From Longimicrobiales bacterium (lineage in GTDB: Bacteria; Gemmatimonadota; Gemmatimonadetes; Longimicrobiales; Gaopeijiaceae), in assembly GCA_965219445.1 (NCBI GenBank), contig CBDCNQ010000001.1, positions 128,001 through 192,000 on the forward strand: a stretch of DNA of 64,000 nucleotides, read 5' to 3'. Shown here one piece after another: positions 44,205 to 54,347 of this stretch. The first letter of the stretch is position 1. Every line of letters starts with the position of its first letter. A program made the translations under genes and the position numbers. Below the pieces are notes generated by a model, which did no database searches, had not been told where the DNA came from, and saw nothing but the letters and a program-made list of their open reading frames with translations.

Positions 44205-44789
44205 CTGGGCTTCGTCGCCGCCCACGCGGACGGTGTGAACATCTCGTTCGTGAAGCATCCGGACGATGTCGAGGATCTGATGGACGCAATGGAAGCAGTG
44301 GGGGGTGAGTCGCTCGGCCTCATTCTGAAGATCGAGACCCACCAAGGATTCCAGCAGCTGCCGGGCATCTTGCTCGCGGCCATGGAGTGGCCGCTCGTGG
44401 GCGTCATGATCGCCCGGGGTGACCTCGCGATCGAGATGGGCTGGACCCACCTGGCTCGGGTACAGGAGGAGATCCTGCGCGTATGTGAGGCCGCCCACGT
44501 TCCGGTCGTGTGGGCCACCCAGGTATTGGAGGGACTGGCCAAGAACCGACTCCCGACCCGAGCCGAGATCAGCGATGTAGCCATGGCCGAGCGCGCGGAG
44601 TGCGTGATGTTGAACAAAGGTCCCTACATCAGCGAGACCATCCGCACGTTGGACACGATCCTCAAGTCGATGCAGGCCTATCAGAGCAAGAACGCGATCC
44701 TGTTGCCGGCGCTGACGTTGGAGGATCCGGACGCCGAGGAGGTCGGGCGCTCAGTGGGGGAGCGACTGGGCCGCTATGGGCGCTCCTAG
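44205..44789 (+). pseudogene. pyk: Pyruvate kinase, 3' part
   Basis: LGFVAAHADGVNISFV, LKIET, VMIARGDL, WATQVLE, PTRAEISD, CVMLNKG. Confidence 0.9.
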
Positions 44790-44822
44790 CGGGGCGCTAG
44801 GAAGTCTCGGGACGCGAAGGGA
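44790..44822 (+). repeat. 33-bp direct repeat, copy 2
   Basis: CGGGGCGCTAGGAAGTCTCGGGACGCGAAGGGA, between the pyk and xerC stops. Confidence 0.8.
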
Positions 44823-44853
44823 GAGCTTCGGAAAGTCAAAGGGGCCAGCGCCA

Positions 44854-45768
44854 CTACGAGCGCGGATGTGAGCGCCGGTACACCTGCCGCAACCGCTCCT
44901 TCGACGTGTGCGTGTACACCTGCGTCGTGGACAGTGACACGTGGCCGAGAAGCTCTTTGACCGCCATGAGGTCCGCGCCTGCGTCGAGAAGGTGCGTCGC
45001 GAAGCTGTGCCGCAGAGAGTGCGCGCTCAGCCCCTCGCCGGGGGCGGCATCATCGAGGAACCGTCGGACTACGTTCTGGATGGACCGCTTCGAGAGTCTC
45101 TTCCCGGCCGGGTTGAGGAGGAGGGCCTCACGGTCCGGAGCGCGCGAGGTGGCACCAAGTTCGCGGCGGCGAGGCAGGTACCGGCCGATCGCCCGCCTCG
45201 ACGAGCCGGTGAGGGGTACGAGTCGCTCCTTGCTTCCTTTACCGAGCACCCTGGCCTGCTCCTGTCCCAGATCGAGGTCCGAGATGTCGAGACCGTGAAG
45301 TTCCGACAGCCGGATACCACTCCCGTACAAGAGTTCGAGGACGACCAGATTTCTCGTGCCTCGAAACGTATTCTCCGCGGCCCGGGCCTCGGCCACCGAG
45401 AAGACCGCCTCGATGTTTCCATCAGTCGCGTGCCCCGGAAGACGCTTCTCGATCCTGGGTGACCTCAACGTCCTCGCCGGATCACTGGGCACACGGTCCT
45501 CCAGATGAAGGAACCTGAAAAAAGTGCGGATGGCCGACAGCTTACGGGCAACCGTTCGACGAGTAAGTCCCTTCCTCTCACACCACCCCATGAAGGCACG
45601 GAAATCGATCCGCTCCACGGTCCCCCATCCCCATCCTCCCCCCCCGTAGTGGTCGTCGAGAAAAATCCGCAGATCCTCTAGATCCTTCCGATAGGACGTG
45701 ATGGTCCGAGGCGACAGCCGTCGTTCCGACTCGAGGTGTTTGAGAAAGCGGGGGACGTCGGGGTCCAC
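44854..45768 (-). CDS. xerC: Tyrosine recombinase XerC
   Basis: LLYGSGIRLSEL, GKGSKER, HSLRHSFATHLL, LLGHVSLSTTQVYTH; follows topA-trmFO. Confidence 0.92.
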   Translation of the reverse strand: MDPDVPRFLKHLESERRLSPRTITSYRKDLEDLRIFLDDHYGGGGWGWGTVERIDFRAFMGWCERKGLTRRTVARKLSAIRTFFRFLHLEDRVPSDPARTLRSPRIEKRLPGHATDGNIEAVFSVAEARAAENTFRGTRNLVVLELLYGSGIRLSELHGLDISDLDLGQEQARVLGKGSKERLVPLTGSSRRAIGRYLPRRRELGATSRAPDREALLLNPAGKRLSKRSIQNVVRRFLDDAAPGEGLSAHSLRHSFATHLLDAGADLMAVKELLGHVSLSTTQVYTHTSKERLRQVYRRSHPRS

Positions 45769-45773
45769 GTCTA

Positions 45774-47153
45774 TCAGGACTGTGGGACCTCGGCGCCGAC
45801 AGACGCTTCCGTCCGTGCACCCTTTGGGCCCTCGATCGAATTCGCCTCGATCCCGCTCGCCTCCATCCAAGCTCTGAAGTCCTTCTCGGCACGGTCGGCC
45901 AGCATTTCCCTCTTTAGAACCTTGTCCTTCACGCGTTGGTTGAGCGGATCAACGAGCCCCCAGTTCGAGTTCATGGGCTGGAAGCGGTCGGCCGCGCTCT
46001 CCCTCAGGTACCTGAACAACCCGCCCAGCATCGTCGTGGGGGGAGGAACGACCGGCGCCTCTCCCGCGAGCACACGCCCCATGTTGATGCCCGCCAGGAT
46101 GCCACTGGCCGCCGACTCGGTGTACCCCTCCACGCCGGTGAGCTGGCCGGCAAAAATCAGATCCGGCCATTCCTTGAGCGATCCGTGAGGCGTCAGGCAG
46201 GCGGGGAAGTTCAGGTAAGCGTTGCGATGTATGGAACCCCACCGAAGGAACTCGCAGTGCTCGAGCCCGGGAATCGACTGGAAGACGCGCTTCTGCTCCC
46301 CGATGCGCAGCCGCGTCTGGAAGCCCACGAGATTCCACATTTGCCCAGCGCGATCCTCCCGCCTGAGCTGCACGACCGCATAAGGCCGTTCCCCGCTCCG
46401 TGGGTCGGCAAGCCCGATCGGCTTCATGGGTCCGAAACGAAGTGTATCCTCCCCTCGGGACGCCATGACCTCGATCGGAAGGCAGCCCTCGAAATACGGC
46501 ACGGTGTCCCAGTCGGGTCCATCGTGTACGTCCCCTTCGAGGAGAGCCTCGATGAAGGCCAGGTACTCCGCCTGGTTCATCGGGCAGTTGAGGTAGTCGC
46601 TATCCTCCTCGAATCGGCCGGCCTCGAAGACGACGCTCTCATCCAGAGAGTCACGATGTACGATGGGGGCGATGGCGTCGTAGAACGCAAGCCCCTCGTC
46701 GCCCAGAGCGCCCTGGATGGCAGAACTCAACGCGTCAGACGTAAGCGGGCCTGTCGCCACGATGGCCGGGCCGTCGGGAAGCGTCTGGCTCTCCTCCCGC
46801 GAGACCTCGATACCCGAGTGAGAAACCACGGCACGGGTCATCGCCGCGGAAAAGAGCCGCCGGTCGACCGCCAGTGCAGAGCCTGCGGGCACGCACGTCT
46901 CATCGGCGCAGTCGAGAAGAACGGAGCCGAGGGCCCGCATTTCCCTCTTGAGCTGGCCGTGCGCATTCTTGGGATGGACGCTCTTGAAGGAGTTCGTGCA
47001 GACCAACTCACCCAGATCTTCAGTCTGGTGTGCCTCGGTGCCACGCACCGGACGCATTTCAAGCAGGGTGACGGCGTGCCCGGCGTGCGCGAGTTGGAGC
47101 GCCGCCTCACATCCGGCGAGTCCACCCCCGACTACGATGACGCGATCGCTCAT
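45774..47153 (-). CDS. trmFO: tRNA (uracil-54) methyltransferase TrmFO (Gid)
   Basis: GGGLAGCEAA, ELVCTNS, FEGCLPIE, FGPMKPIGL, AGQLTGVEGY. Confidence 0.96.
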   Translation of the reverse strand: MSDRVIVVGGGLAGCEAALQLAHAGHAVTLLEMRPVRGTEAHQTEDLGELVCTNSFKSVHPKNAHGQLKREMRALGSVLLDCADETCVPAGSALAVDRRLFSAAMTRAVVSHSGIEVSREESQTLPDGPAIVATGPLTSDALSSAIQGALGDEGLAFYDAIAPIVHRDSLDESVVFEAGRFEEDSDYLNCPMNQAEYLAFIEALLEGDVHDGPDWDTVPYFEGCLPIEVMASRGEDTLRFGPMKPIGLADPRSGERPYAVVQLRREDRAGQMWNLVGFQTRLRIGEQKRVFQSIPGLEHCEFLRWGSIHRNAYLNFPACLTPHGSLKEWPDLIFAGQLTGVEGYTESAASGILAGINMGRVLAGEAPVVPPPTTMLGGLFRYLRESAADRFQPMNSNWGLVDPLNQRVKDKVLKREMLADRAEKDFRAWMEASGIEANSIEGPKGARTEASVGAEVPQS

Positions 47154-47194
47154 CGGCTCATCCGCTCCGCGCTCCCCCGTGTTGGGAGTCGGTC

Positions 47195-49660
47195 CTACTT
47201 CTTTGCTCCACTCTTGCGCCGCACCGACTTCTTCTTCGTGGCAGCCTCGACAAGCATCGACACTGCCTCATCCATAGTGAGGTCGCCCGGCTCCATGTCT
47301 TTGGGCAGACTCGCATTGGCCGTCCCATCGGTCACATACGGGCCATAGCGCCCGGAGAGGATCTGCACGTCATTCCCCGTCTTCGGGTGGGCTCCGAGTT
47401 CCTTCAAGACCGCCCGTCCGCCCTTCTTCTGGTTGAGAAGCGCGACGGCCTCGTCAATGGAAACCGTGAACATTTGGTCTTCATTCGCCAGGCTCGCGAA
47501 CTTCTTGCCTCGCCGCACGAAGGGCCCATAGCGGCCTAATCCGGCCACGACTTCCTCGCCGGTCTTCGGATCCGTCCCCACCGTTCGTGGCAACGAGAGC
47601 AAACGCAACGCATGATCGAGGTCCACGGTCTCCGGTTTCGTGCCCTTGGGCAGGCTGGCTCTCTTGGGCTTCACGCCGTCCTCTCCTTCACCGTGCTGCA
47701 CGTAGGGTCCGTAGGGTCCGACTTTAGCGTACACGGTGAGGCCCGTCGCCTCGTCGACGCCGACCACGTGGTCCGCGGCTGCGCCGTCGACCGGCCGGGT
47801 CCCTTTACATTCCGGATAAGCCGAGCAGCCCAGGAACCGGCCGTAGCGATTCCATCGCACCTGCATCGGCTCCCCGCATACGTCGCATGTCTCTCCCTCG
47901 GCGGCCAGGATCTCCTTGATGATTTCCTCGGACCTGGCCTCGCCGTGCTCGAGCTGGCCCTGAAACGGCGGATAGAACTCCCCGAGGAGTGCCCGCCATT
48001 GAATTTCGCCCTCCTCCACCCGATCCAGTTCACTCTCCATCCGGCTCGTGAACTCGACGTCGAAAATGTCGGGAAATACACGGACGAGTAACTTTGACAC
48101 CGTGTCACCGAGCGGTGTCGGCTGAAACCGCCGTTCCTCATAGTCGACGTATCCACGGTCCTGAATCGTCGAGATGATCTGCGCGTAGGTGGACGGACGG
48201 CCTATTCCCTGCGCCTCGAGCTCCTTCACGAGTGAGGCCTCGCTGAAGCGTGGAGGGGGCTGTGTGAAGTGCTGGGCCGGGTCGATTCCCTTCACGAGCG
48301 CCGCGTCGCCCGCCTCCATGTCTGGAAGCGCCTCGAGGTCATCGACGGGCGCACGATCACCGGCCTCGGTGCCCTCCACATAGAGGCGGGTGAAACCCTG
48401 AAACTTCATAATCGACCCGGTGGAACGGAACTGATATTCCCGAGCCGAACCGGCGGCCGCCGTCAGATCGAAGTCGATGGTGGTCGTGTCGTATAGGGCC
48501 GGCGCCATCTGGCCGGCAACGAAGCGAAGCCAAATGAGTTCATAGAGCCGCGCTGTGTCGTCCTCGAGGAAGGGACGTACATCATCGGGATGAAGCGTCG
48601 GGTCGGTCGGCCGAATCGCCTCGTGGGCATCCTGGGCCGCCTTCTGTTGCTTTCCGATCCAGAGGCGCGGTGATGAAGCGACGTAGTCCTCACCGAATTC
48701 CCCAGAGACCCATTTTCGGGCCGCCTCGACCGCACCTGGAGCGACCCGCGTAGAATCGGTTCGCATATAGGTGATGAGCCCCACGGCACCCCGCCGACCG
48801 AGCTCGATCCCCTCATACAACCTTTGGGCCGTCGACATGGTTCGTCGGGCGGAGAAGCGGAGCCGTTTGGACGCGTCTTGCTGAAGCGTGGACGTCGTAA
48901 AGGGCGCCGCAGGATTTCGCTTCCGCTCTCGACGTTTCACCTCGGTTGCGACGAAGGCGACGTTCTCGACCGCCGCCAACACGGCTTGGGCCTGCTCCTC
49001 GTTGTTCAGCGTGAACGCCTCGCCGTCGATCTTATGGAGCCGTGCCTCGAACGGGTGCTCTTCCTTTTCCAGCCGAGCCGTAATGGACCAGTACTCGACC
49101 GGTTCGAAGGCCTGGATTTCGTCCTCTCGCTCACAGATCAGCCTGAGCGCCACCGTCTGGACTCGCCCGGCCGAGAGCCCGGGCCTGATCGGCTTCCACA
49201 AGAACGGACTCACCTGATATCCGACCAAACGATCCAGAATTCTGCGCGCCTGTTGAGCTTCGACTTTGTTGAGATCCAACGCCTCCGGAGCTTGGAGAGC
49301 GCTTTCCACGGCACCCTTCGTGATTTCGCGGAACGTCACCCGTTCGAAGCGGCTCCGGTCGTCCTCGAAGCCGAGGTGGTGGGCAACGTGATAGGCGATC
49401 GCCTCGCCCTCCCGGTCCGGGTCGGTAGCGAGGATGATACTCTCGGCCTTCTTCGCCTTTTTCTTGATCTCCTTGAGGATCTTGCCCTTACCGCGGATCG
49501 TCTCGTACTTGGGCTCGAAGCCCTGGTCGACGTCGACCCCGAGTTCCTTCTTCGGCAGATCCCGAACGTGCCCGATGGAAGCAGCCACGTCGTAGTCAGA
49601 GCCCAGATACCGGCCGATCGTCCTGGCTTTGGCGGGGGATTCGACGATGACCAGCTTCAC
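47195..49660 (-). CDS. topA: DNA topoisomerase I
   Basis: IVESPAKA, ATDPDREGEAI, SAGRVQT, ITYMRTDS, GIGRPSTY. Confidence 0.98.
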   Translation of the reverse strand: MKLVIVESPAKARTIGRYLGSDYDVAASIGHVRDLPKKELGVDVDQGFEPKYETIRGKGKILKEIKKKAKKAESIILATDPDREGEAIAYHVAHHLGFEDDRSRFERVTFREITKGAVESALQAPEALDLNKVEAQQARRILDRLVGYQVSPFLWKPIRPGLSAGRVQTVALRLICEREDEIQAFEPVEYWSITARLEKEEHPFEARLHKIDGEAFTLNNEEQAQAVLAAVENVAFVATEVKRRERKRNPAAPFTTSTLQQDASKRLRFSARRTMSTAQRLYEGIELGRRGAVGLITYMRTDSTRVAPGAVEAARKWVSGEFGEDYVASSPRLWIGKQQKAAQDAHEAIRPTDPTLHPDDVRPFLEDDTARLYELIWLRFVAGQMAPALYDTTTIDFDLTAAAGSAREYQFRSTGSIMKFQGFTRLYVEGTEAGDRAPVDDLEALPDMEAGDAALVKGIDPAQHFTQPPPRFSEASLVKELEAQGIGRPSTYAQIISTIQDRGYVDYEERRFQPTPLGDTVSKLLVRVFPDIFDVEFTSRMESELDRVEEGEIQWRALLGEFYPPFQGQLEHGEARSEEIIKEILAAEGETCDVCGEPMQVRWNRYGRFLGCSAYPECKGTRPVDGAAADHVVGVDEATGLTVYAKVGPYGPYVQHGEGEDGVKPKRASLPKGTKPETVDLDHALRLLSLPRTVGTDPKTGEEVVAGLGRYGPFVRRGKKFASLANEDQMFTVSIDEAVALLNQKKGGRAVLKELGAHPKTGNDVQILSGRYGPYVTDGTANASLPKDMEPGDLTMDEAVSMLVEAATKKKSVRRKSGAKK

Positions 49661-50193
49661 TTTGTTCCTTTTCGTGTCATCAGTTTCATGATCTCACCTG
49701 CCAATTCCTCAGGACCGTACTGCTCTGAATCCAACGTGTACTGAGCCCGACCGTATGAGGCCTCCCGGGCAAGTAACAGTGCCGTGGCCCGATCCGTCAC
49801 ACCTCCTCCCTCGAGGAGAGGGCGCGTGGGCCCCTCCTGCGACGCGCGACGAACCGCCACGTCCGGCGACACCTGAAGCCAAACGCTCATTGTATCTTCC
49901 GTAACCATCTTCCAAGATCCCGACTGGGCCGGCCAGCCCCCTCCGGAAGCCACTACGGTATCGCTCCGGGCCAAGAGCTCCTCGGCTACACCGGATTCGA
50001 GACGGCGAAACTCCGCTTCGCCATCCTCCAAAAAAATCTGGGAGACGCTCTTGCCCGCGCTCTCTTCGATCACAGTGTCGAAGTCCTCGAAGTCCCATCC
50101 CAATCGTGATGCCAATTCTCTCCCGACGCTGGATTTCCCGCTGGCCATGAAACCGACGAGCAAGACCCTTTCAGGCATGTCACCGTTCACCAT
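49657..50193 (-). CDS. aroK: Shikimate kinase
   Basis: GFMASGKS, GEAEFR, SGGG, RPLL. Confidence 0.93.
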   Translation of the reverse strand: MVNGDMPERVLLVGFMASGKSSVGRELASRLGWDFEDFDTVIEESAGKSVSQIFLEDGEAEFRRLESGVAEELLARSDTVVASGGGWPAQSGSWKMVTEDTMSVWLQVSPDVAVRRASQEGPTRPLLEGGGVTDRATALLLAREASYGRAQYTLDSEQYGPEELAGEIMKLMTRKGTK

Positions 50194-51388
50194 ATCCGCG
50201 CTCGCCGAGGTACGCGACGTACGACTCGAAGTTCCGTCGTACCTCGCTCATCGCATCCCCACCGAACTTCTCGAGAAACGCATCCGCCACGACGAGGGCC
50301 ACCATGGCCTCACCTACGACAGCCGCCGCGGGAACCGCGCAAACGTCGCTGCGCTCGACCGCGGCGTCCGCGGCTGACCCATCACGCATGTCGACGCTGG
50401 GCAAGCGTTTCCTCAATGTCGAGATGGGTTTCATGGCCCCTCGCACGACCAACGGCTCACCGGTGGTCACGCCCCCCTCTAGCCCACCCGCCCGGTTCGA
50501 CGACCGCCCGATGCGGCCCGCTCTGCCGGCCGACTCATCGGCCACGATCGGATCGTGAACCTGAGATCCCGGCCGGCGCGCGCCCTCGAAGCCCACGCCG
50601 ATCTCAACGCCCTTGACGGCTTGGATCGACATCATGGCTCCCGCCAAACGACCATCCAATTTGGTGTCGTACGAGACGTAGCTGCCGAGGCCAGCGGGGA
50701 GACCCCGCACGACCACTTCGAAGATACCGCCCAGCGTATCGCCCTCTGCATTGGCCTGGTCGATGGCTGCGACCATGAGCGAGGCCGCCTCGTCGTCCAG
50801 CGTGCGAAGCGGTGACGCGTCGACGGCACCGTTCAGGTCCGTCGGCAACTCATCAGGCAACTGCACCTGCACCGCGCCGATCGACGTGACGTGGCTCCCG
50901 ATCGTGATCCCGAAGTCTGAAAGCATCTTCTTGCAGACCGCCCCACAGGCGACTCGAGCGGCGGTCTCACGGGCGCTGGCCCGCTCGAGGATGTCCCGGG
51001 TGTCACGCCTGTCGTACTTCAGCAACCCCACGAGGTCTGCATGGCCCGGCCGCGGGAGGTAGAGCGATCGTAAGACCTTGGGGTTACCGTCCGGATCGGG
51101 CGGGAGTGGTGACATCGACTCCTGCCAGTTCTCGGAATCCCGGTTCCAGATAACCAGCGCCACGGGGGATCCGAGCGTCTCCCCAAGGCGGACGCCCGAA
51201 ATTACCTCGGCACGGTCTGACTCGATCTCCATGCGCCGGCCACGCCCGTATCCTCCCTGGCGACGTTTGAGGTCGGGATCGACATCCCGCTCCATCTCGA
51301 GGGAGAGGCCCGCCGGGAGGCCTTCCAGTATCGCCACAAGGCCTCGCCCGTGGGACTCCCCCGCAGTTCGGAACGACAGTCGCTTCAT
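50180..51388 (-). CDS. aroC: Chorismate synthase
   Basis: TAGESHG, RRQGGYGRG, RPGHAD, ERASARET, MKPIST, ERSDVC. Confidence 0.97.
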   Translation of the reverse strand: MKRLSFRTAGESHGRGLVAILEGLPAGLSLEMERDVDPDLKRRQGGYGRGRRMEIESDRAEVISGVRLGETLGSPVALVIWNRDSENWQESMSPLPPDPDGNPKVLRSLYLPRPGHADLVGLLKYDRRDTRDILERASARETAARVACGAVCKKMLSDFGITIGSHVTSIGAVQVQLPDELPTDLNGAVDASPLRTLDDEAASLMVAAIDQANAEGDTLGGIFEVVVRGLPAGLGSYVSYDTKLDGRLAGAMMSIQAVKGVEIGVGFEGARRPGSQVHDPIVADESAGRAGRIGRSSNRAGGLEGGVTTGEPLVVRGAMKPISTLRKRLPSVDMRDGSAADAAVERSDVCAVPAAAVVGEAMVALVVADAFLEKFGGDAMSEVRRNFESYVAYLGERGYGER

Positions 51389-51444
51389 CGAGTGTTTCTC
51401 AATCCCCAGCGTGGATCATTGTTCATGGAACGGCTCGAAACCAT

Positions 51445-51487
51445 AAAAGGGAACCCCGGTGGGCGTCTACACCCACCGGGGTCCTTT
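51445..51487 (-). terminator. Intrinsic terminator after the large lipoprotein gene
   Basis: ACCCCGGTGGG / CCCACCGGGGT stem with a T run on the minus strand. Confidence 0.7.
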
Positions 51488-51526
51488 CCCCTCCGCAACA
51501 AGCCGAGGCGAGCTAGAGGGAGGGAG

Positions 51527-54250
51527 TTAGTTCCTCGACGGGTGGAGGCTGAGCACGTCGCTCTTTCGAACGTCGACCACGACCACGCCGCCTACGTCGG
51601 TGATGCCGACCAGCTTCACCACGATGCACGCATCTTCCGTGGGTCCGCCGGCCGCCGGGTGGGGTGTGTTGAAATTTCCACCTGCGAAGATTTCTATGGC
51701 GCTACCGATGGGGGTTGCGGTTTCGTCCAGCACCACCCTCGTCGTACATGTGAGGCCCGCGTTGTCTCCCGGGAAGGGGAGCACGGCCTTGAGGGGGCCG
51801 GACGGAAGGTCCTTGGTGAAGATGCGGCCCGACTTGATGAAGTGGAACGTGTCGATGATTTCGATCGTTTTGTCGCCGGTGCCGACGAACGCCAGATGCG
51901 TGTCCGGCTGATAGAGCCCGGTCGGGTTATCGAGAGAAAGCGAGTTCGCGTGCAACGGATGGAGCACGGCCCCGGATCCGCCGGGCGTGATGACGGTGCT
52001 GCCTTGCAACCGGAGATCGGTGCTGAAGAAAGACGCCTCCAGGCTGCCAAGCGCAACGCCGAGCGTACCGTCATTGTTAAGGCCGATACCACGGACGGTC
52101 TCGCTGCCGTTGATCATGAGGTCGGTCACTGCGATGGCTCCGCTGACCACGTCCGTGGCGGCCTCGTACATGATGACACGGCCGACCGGTGAGATCGCCC
52201 CCTCACCGAAGACCACCCAGTCGCCGTTCCCCGAGGCCGAAACGTACGTCGTATCGTGGAAGCCGACGTTCTCGACGCTCCACCGGCCGGCTCTGGTGAT
52301 GACATCGTTGGCGAGTGGGATCGCCGCGGCAGCTGCGGCCGCGTCAATACCTTGCCCGGAAGAAGTCGTACCGTAGTCCCCTGGCACGTGATCCACGATC
52401 AGGACGTCGTCATTCGTTCCCAAGGCCCCCGGTCTCACGGCCACTACGAAGTCGGCGTTGGCCACACCAGTGAACGTAGGCGCCTCGATCATCGCTGCGT
52501 GCTGGGTAAAGAGCTGGACCTCAGTGTTAAACGGGGCCGCAGGACCGGCGAAAGCTTTACGGATCGTTCCGAAATCCCCGAGTATTTCCGTCACGGTCGA
52601 ATAGAGGATCCGGCCCGTGTTGTCGACCGCAATGAACTGTGGCTCATCGGTGAACCCCGGGGGGGTAGCGTCCGGGAGGAAGGTCACGTTGTACTTGATA
52701 TTGGCTGTCTCGTCGAGCGTCTCTTCAACGTCGAACAGTACGGCATCGGGCGTGATGAGTCGCCGTCCGGGATCCTCGACGGGAACCCCGCCGAGACCAC
52801 CCGGATCCAGGTCCACCATCGAGATGTTGACTCCCCCGGAGTTCGCCACAAGGAGCGTGTCCTCACCGTTGTTCATCGTGAGACCCCATGGCTTCGAACC
52901 CACCGCAGCGGCCGTCTGGAAAGTCTCCGTAGCAAGCTCGAAGATTTCGATTCGATCGCGGTCGATGTTGGAGAGATAGAGCTTCCCGCGGATCGTATCC
53001 ATCACCGCATCCATGATGTTACCGCCCGTGGGCAGCAGCACGGTCCGTCCGGCCACGATGATCCGCGTCAAGCGAAGACCAATCCGATTCAATGCGACGG
53101 TGTCTCCCACCGAAGCTGAACAGTTTCCTGCGGCGTCCTCCGAGTACCCAAAGACCTCGTATACCATCGTGTCGGGAAGCTCGAGCGCGTCCATGTTGAA
53201 GACCGAGAAGTCAAAGGTCTCAAGCACCGTTCCGGTTCGGGGGCTGGCAAAGATCACCTCATCCGACACGATTACGGTGTCCCCACGCCTCGGGGATATG
53301 CCGAGGACGGTATATCCAGTACGCCTGACTCCGCTCCCCTGGTTGTCGTCTACGGACGTGACCTCGACGTGAACGAGATCCTGGAGCTCCAGACGTTCGT
53401 TCGAGGTTGCCGTGAGTTGCACCTGCGGTGCGACATTGTCCACGCCACCCGCAGCAGTCACCGTGACCGTGAGTGGACCAGCCTGCCCGATCACATCGAG
53501 CGTGTTCCAGGCACGAGCCGTAATGACCATCTGCCCCGTGAGACCGGCGGGAATGTTAACCGTCGTATTGAGAATCAGAGAATCCACCACGGGTGAGATC
53601 GGCTGGAGAATGACGGTCGAAACCGCCCCCGTGACCGTGATCTCGACCTGGCGAACTCCTGCGCCATCTCTGGCTTGGACTCCCAGCCCGAGGGTAAGGC
53701 CCGACTGAATGACCTCGCCACCCACCAGGTTCGTGAACAATACCTCGGGGCCACCCAAAATGAGCGGTACCGTATCCGCGGCAGAGTTCCCTAGACTGTC
53801 GAACGCGGTGACGATGATCTGAGTCGTCTCGAGTATCGTATCGGGAAGTGCCACCAGGTAACGGCTCATCGTCGTATCGAGAACCGGAGGCACCAAGTCC
53901 ACCGTCTTGGACGTGAAGCGGGGAACAAAGCTTTGGGTACCCAAGGAGGCGTCCCCACGGACCGAGATCCCTTCGAAGACAATCCTCGAAATGCCAGCAT
54001 CGTCACGGATGTCGGCGATGATGAGCACGGAGTCTCCCAGCGGTATTGCGGCTGCGGAGAGGGGGGAGGGCTGCCGGATGTTGACGACAGGGATTTCGCT
54101 ATCCTGTAGCGAACCACCGATACCCGTGAAGTCGACAAAGAGATTATCGCCCTGGCACGCAGCGAAGAGAATGCCCGCCAAGAGTCCCCCGGCCAAACCC
54201 TTCAGGGGGTTCCTCCGCGTATTGTGCGTATAAGTTCGTTGACGCTGCAT
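51527..54250 (-). CDS. Large (~900 aa) predicted lipoprotein with Ig-like N-terminal modules and YncE/YVTN-like beta-propeller
   Basis: LFAA-C lipobox; D..G...V...and ITARA.N / TA.D..GN Ig-like patterns; KLYLSN, VGSKPWGL, LLVANSGG.NIS.VDL. Confidence 0.75.
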   Translation of the reverse strand: MQRQRTYTHNTRRNPLKGLAGGLLAGILFAACQGDNLFVDFTGIGGSLQDSEIPVVNIRQPSPLSAAAIPLGDSVLIIADIRDDAGISRIVFEGISVRGDASLGTQSFVPRFTSKTVDLVPPVLDTTMSRYLVALPDTILETTQIIVTAFDSLGNSAADTVPLILGGPEVLFTNLVGGEVIQSGLTLGLGVQARDGAGVRQVEITVTGAVSTVILQPISPVVDSLILNTTVNIPAGLTGQMVITARAWNTLDVIGQAGPLTVTVTAAGGVDNVAPQVQLTATSNERLELQDLVHVEVTSVDDNQGSGVRRTGYTVLGISPRRGDTVIVSDEVIFASPRTGTVLETFDFSVFNMDALELPDTMVYEVFGYSEDAAGNCSASVGDTVALNRIGLRLTRIIVAGRTVLLPTGGNIMDAVMDTIRGKLYLSNIDRDRIEIFELATETFQTAAAVGSKPWGLTMNNGEDTLLVANSGGVNISMVDLDPGGLGGVPVEDPGRRLITPDAVLFDVEETLDETANIKYNVTFLPDATPPGFTDEPQFIAVDNTGRILYSTVTEILGDFGTIRKAFAGPAAPFNTEVQLFTQHAAMIEAPTFTGVANADFVVAVRPGALGTNDDVLIVDHVPGDYGTTSSGQGIDAAAAAAAIPLANDVITRAGRWSVENVGFHDTTYVSASGNGDWVVFGEGAISPVGRVIMYEAATDVVSGAIAVTDLMINGSETVRGIGLNNDGTLGVALGSLEASFFSTDLRLQGSTVITPGGSGAVLHPLHANSLSLDNPTGLYQPDTHLAFVGTGDKTIEIIDTFHFIKSGRIFTKDLPSGPLKAVLPFPGDNAGLTCTTRVVLDETATPIGSAIEIFAGGNFNTPHPAAGGPTEDACIVVKLVGITDVGGVVVVDVRKSDVLSLHPSRN

Positions 54251-54330
54251 TATATCTCCCTTGCGTGCCGACTTTTCCATCTTATCGCCCCTTCTCCGGG
54301 CTTCCCTGGCAGGACCTCCACCCTATTGGG

Positions 54331-54347
54331 TGCGAGATCCGTGCCAG
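54331..54347 (-). promoter_or_regulatory. Sigma54 (-24/-12) promoter candidate
   Basis: Minus strand CTGGCACGGATCTCGCA, about 80 nt upstream of ATG 54250. Confidence 0.65.

Noticed and set aside
33716..45768. Classical integron (xerC as intI with a cassette array)
   Set aside because: The recombinase lacks the IntI-specific insertion and sits in the standard topA-trmFO-xerC context. Only weak attC-like traces were seen (GCCTAGC...GTTTAGGC near 34155-34225, GTTGAGC near 40430), without proper R/L box pairing.
45936..47348. 470-aa plus-strand ORF and similar long antisense ORFs (e.g. 19562-20770, 32011-33183)
   Set aside because: Shadow frames of conserved genes, expected in high-GC DNA
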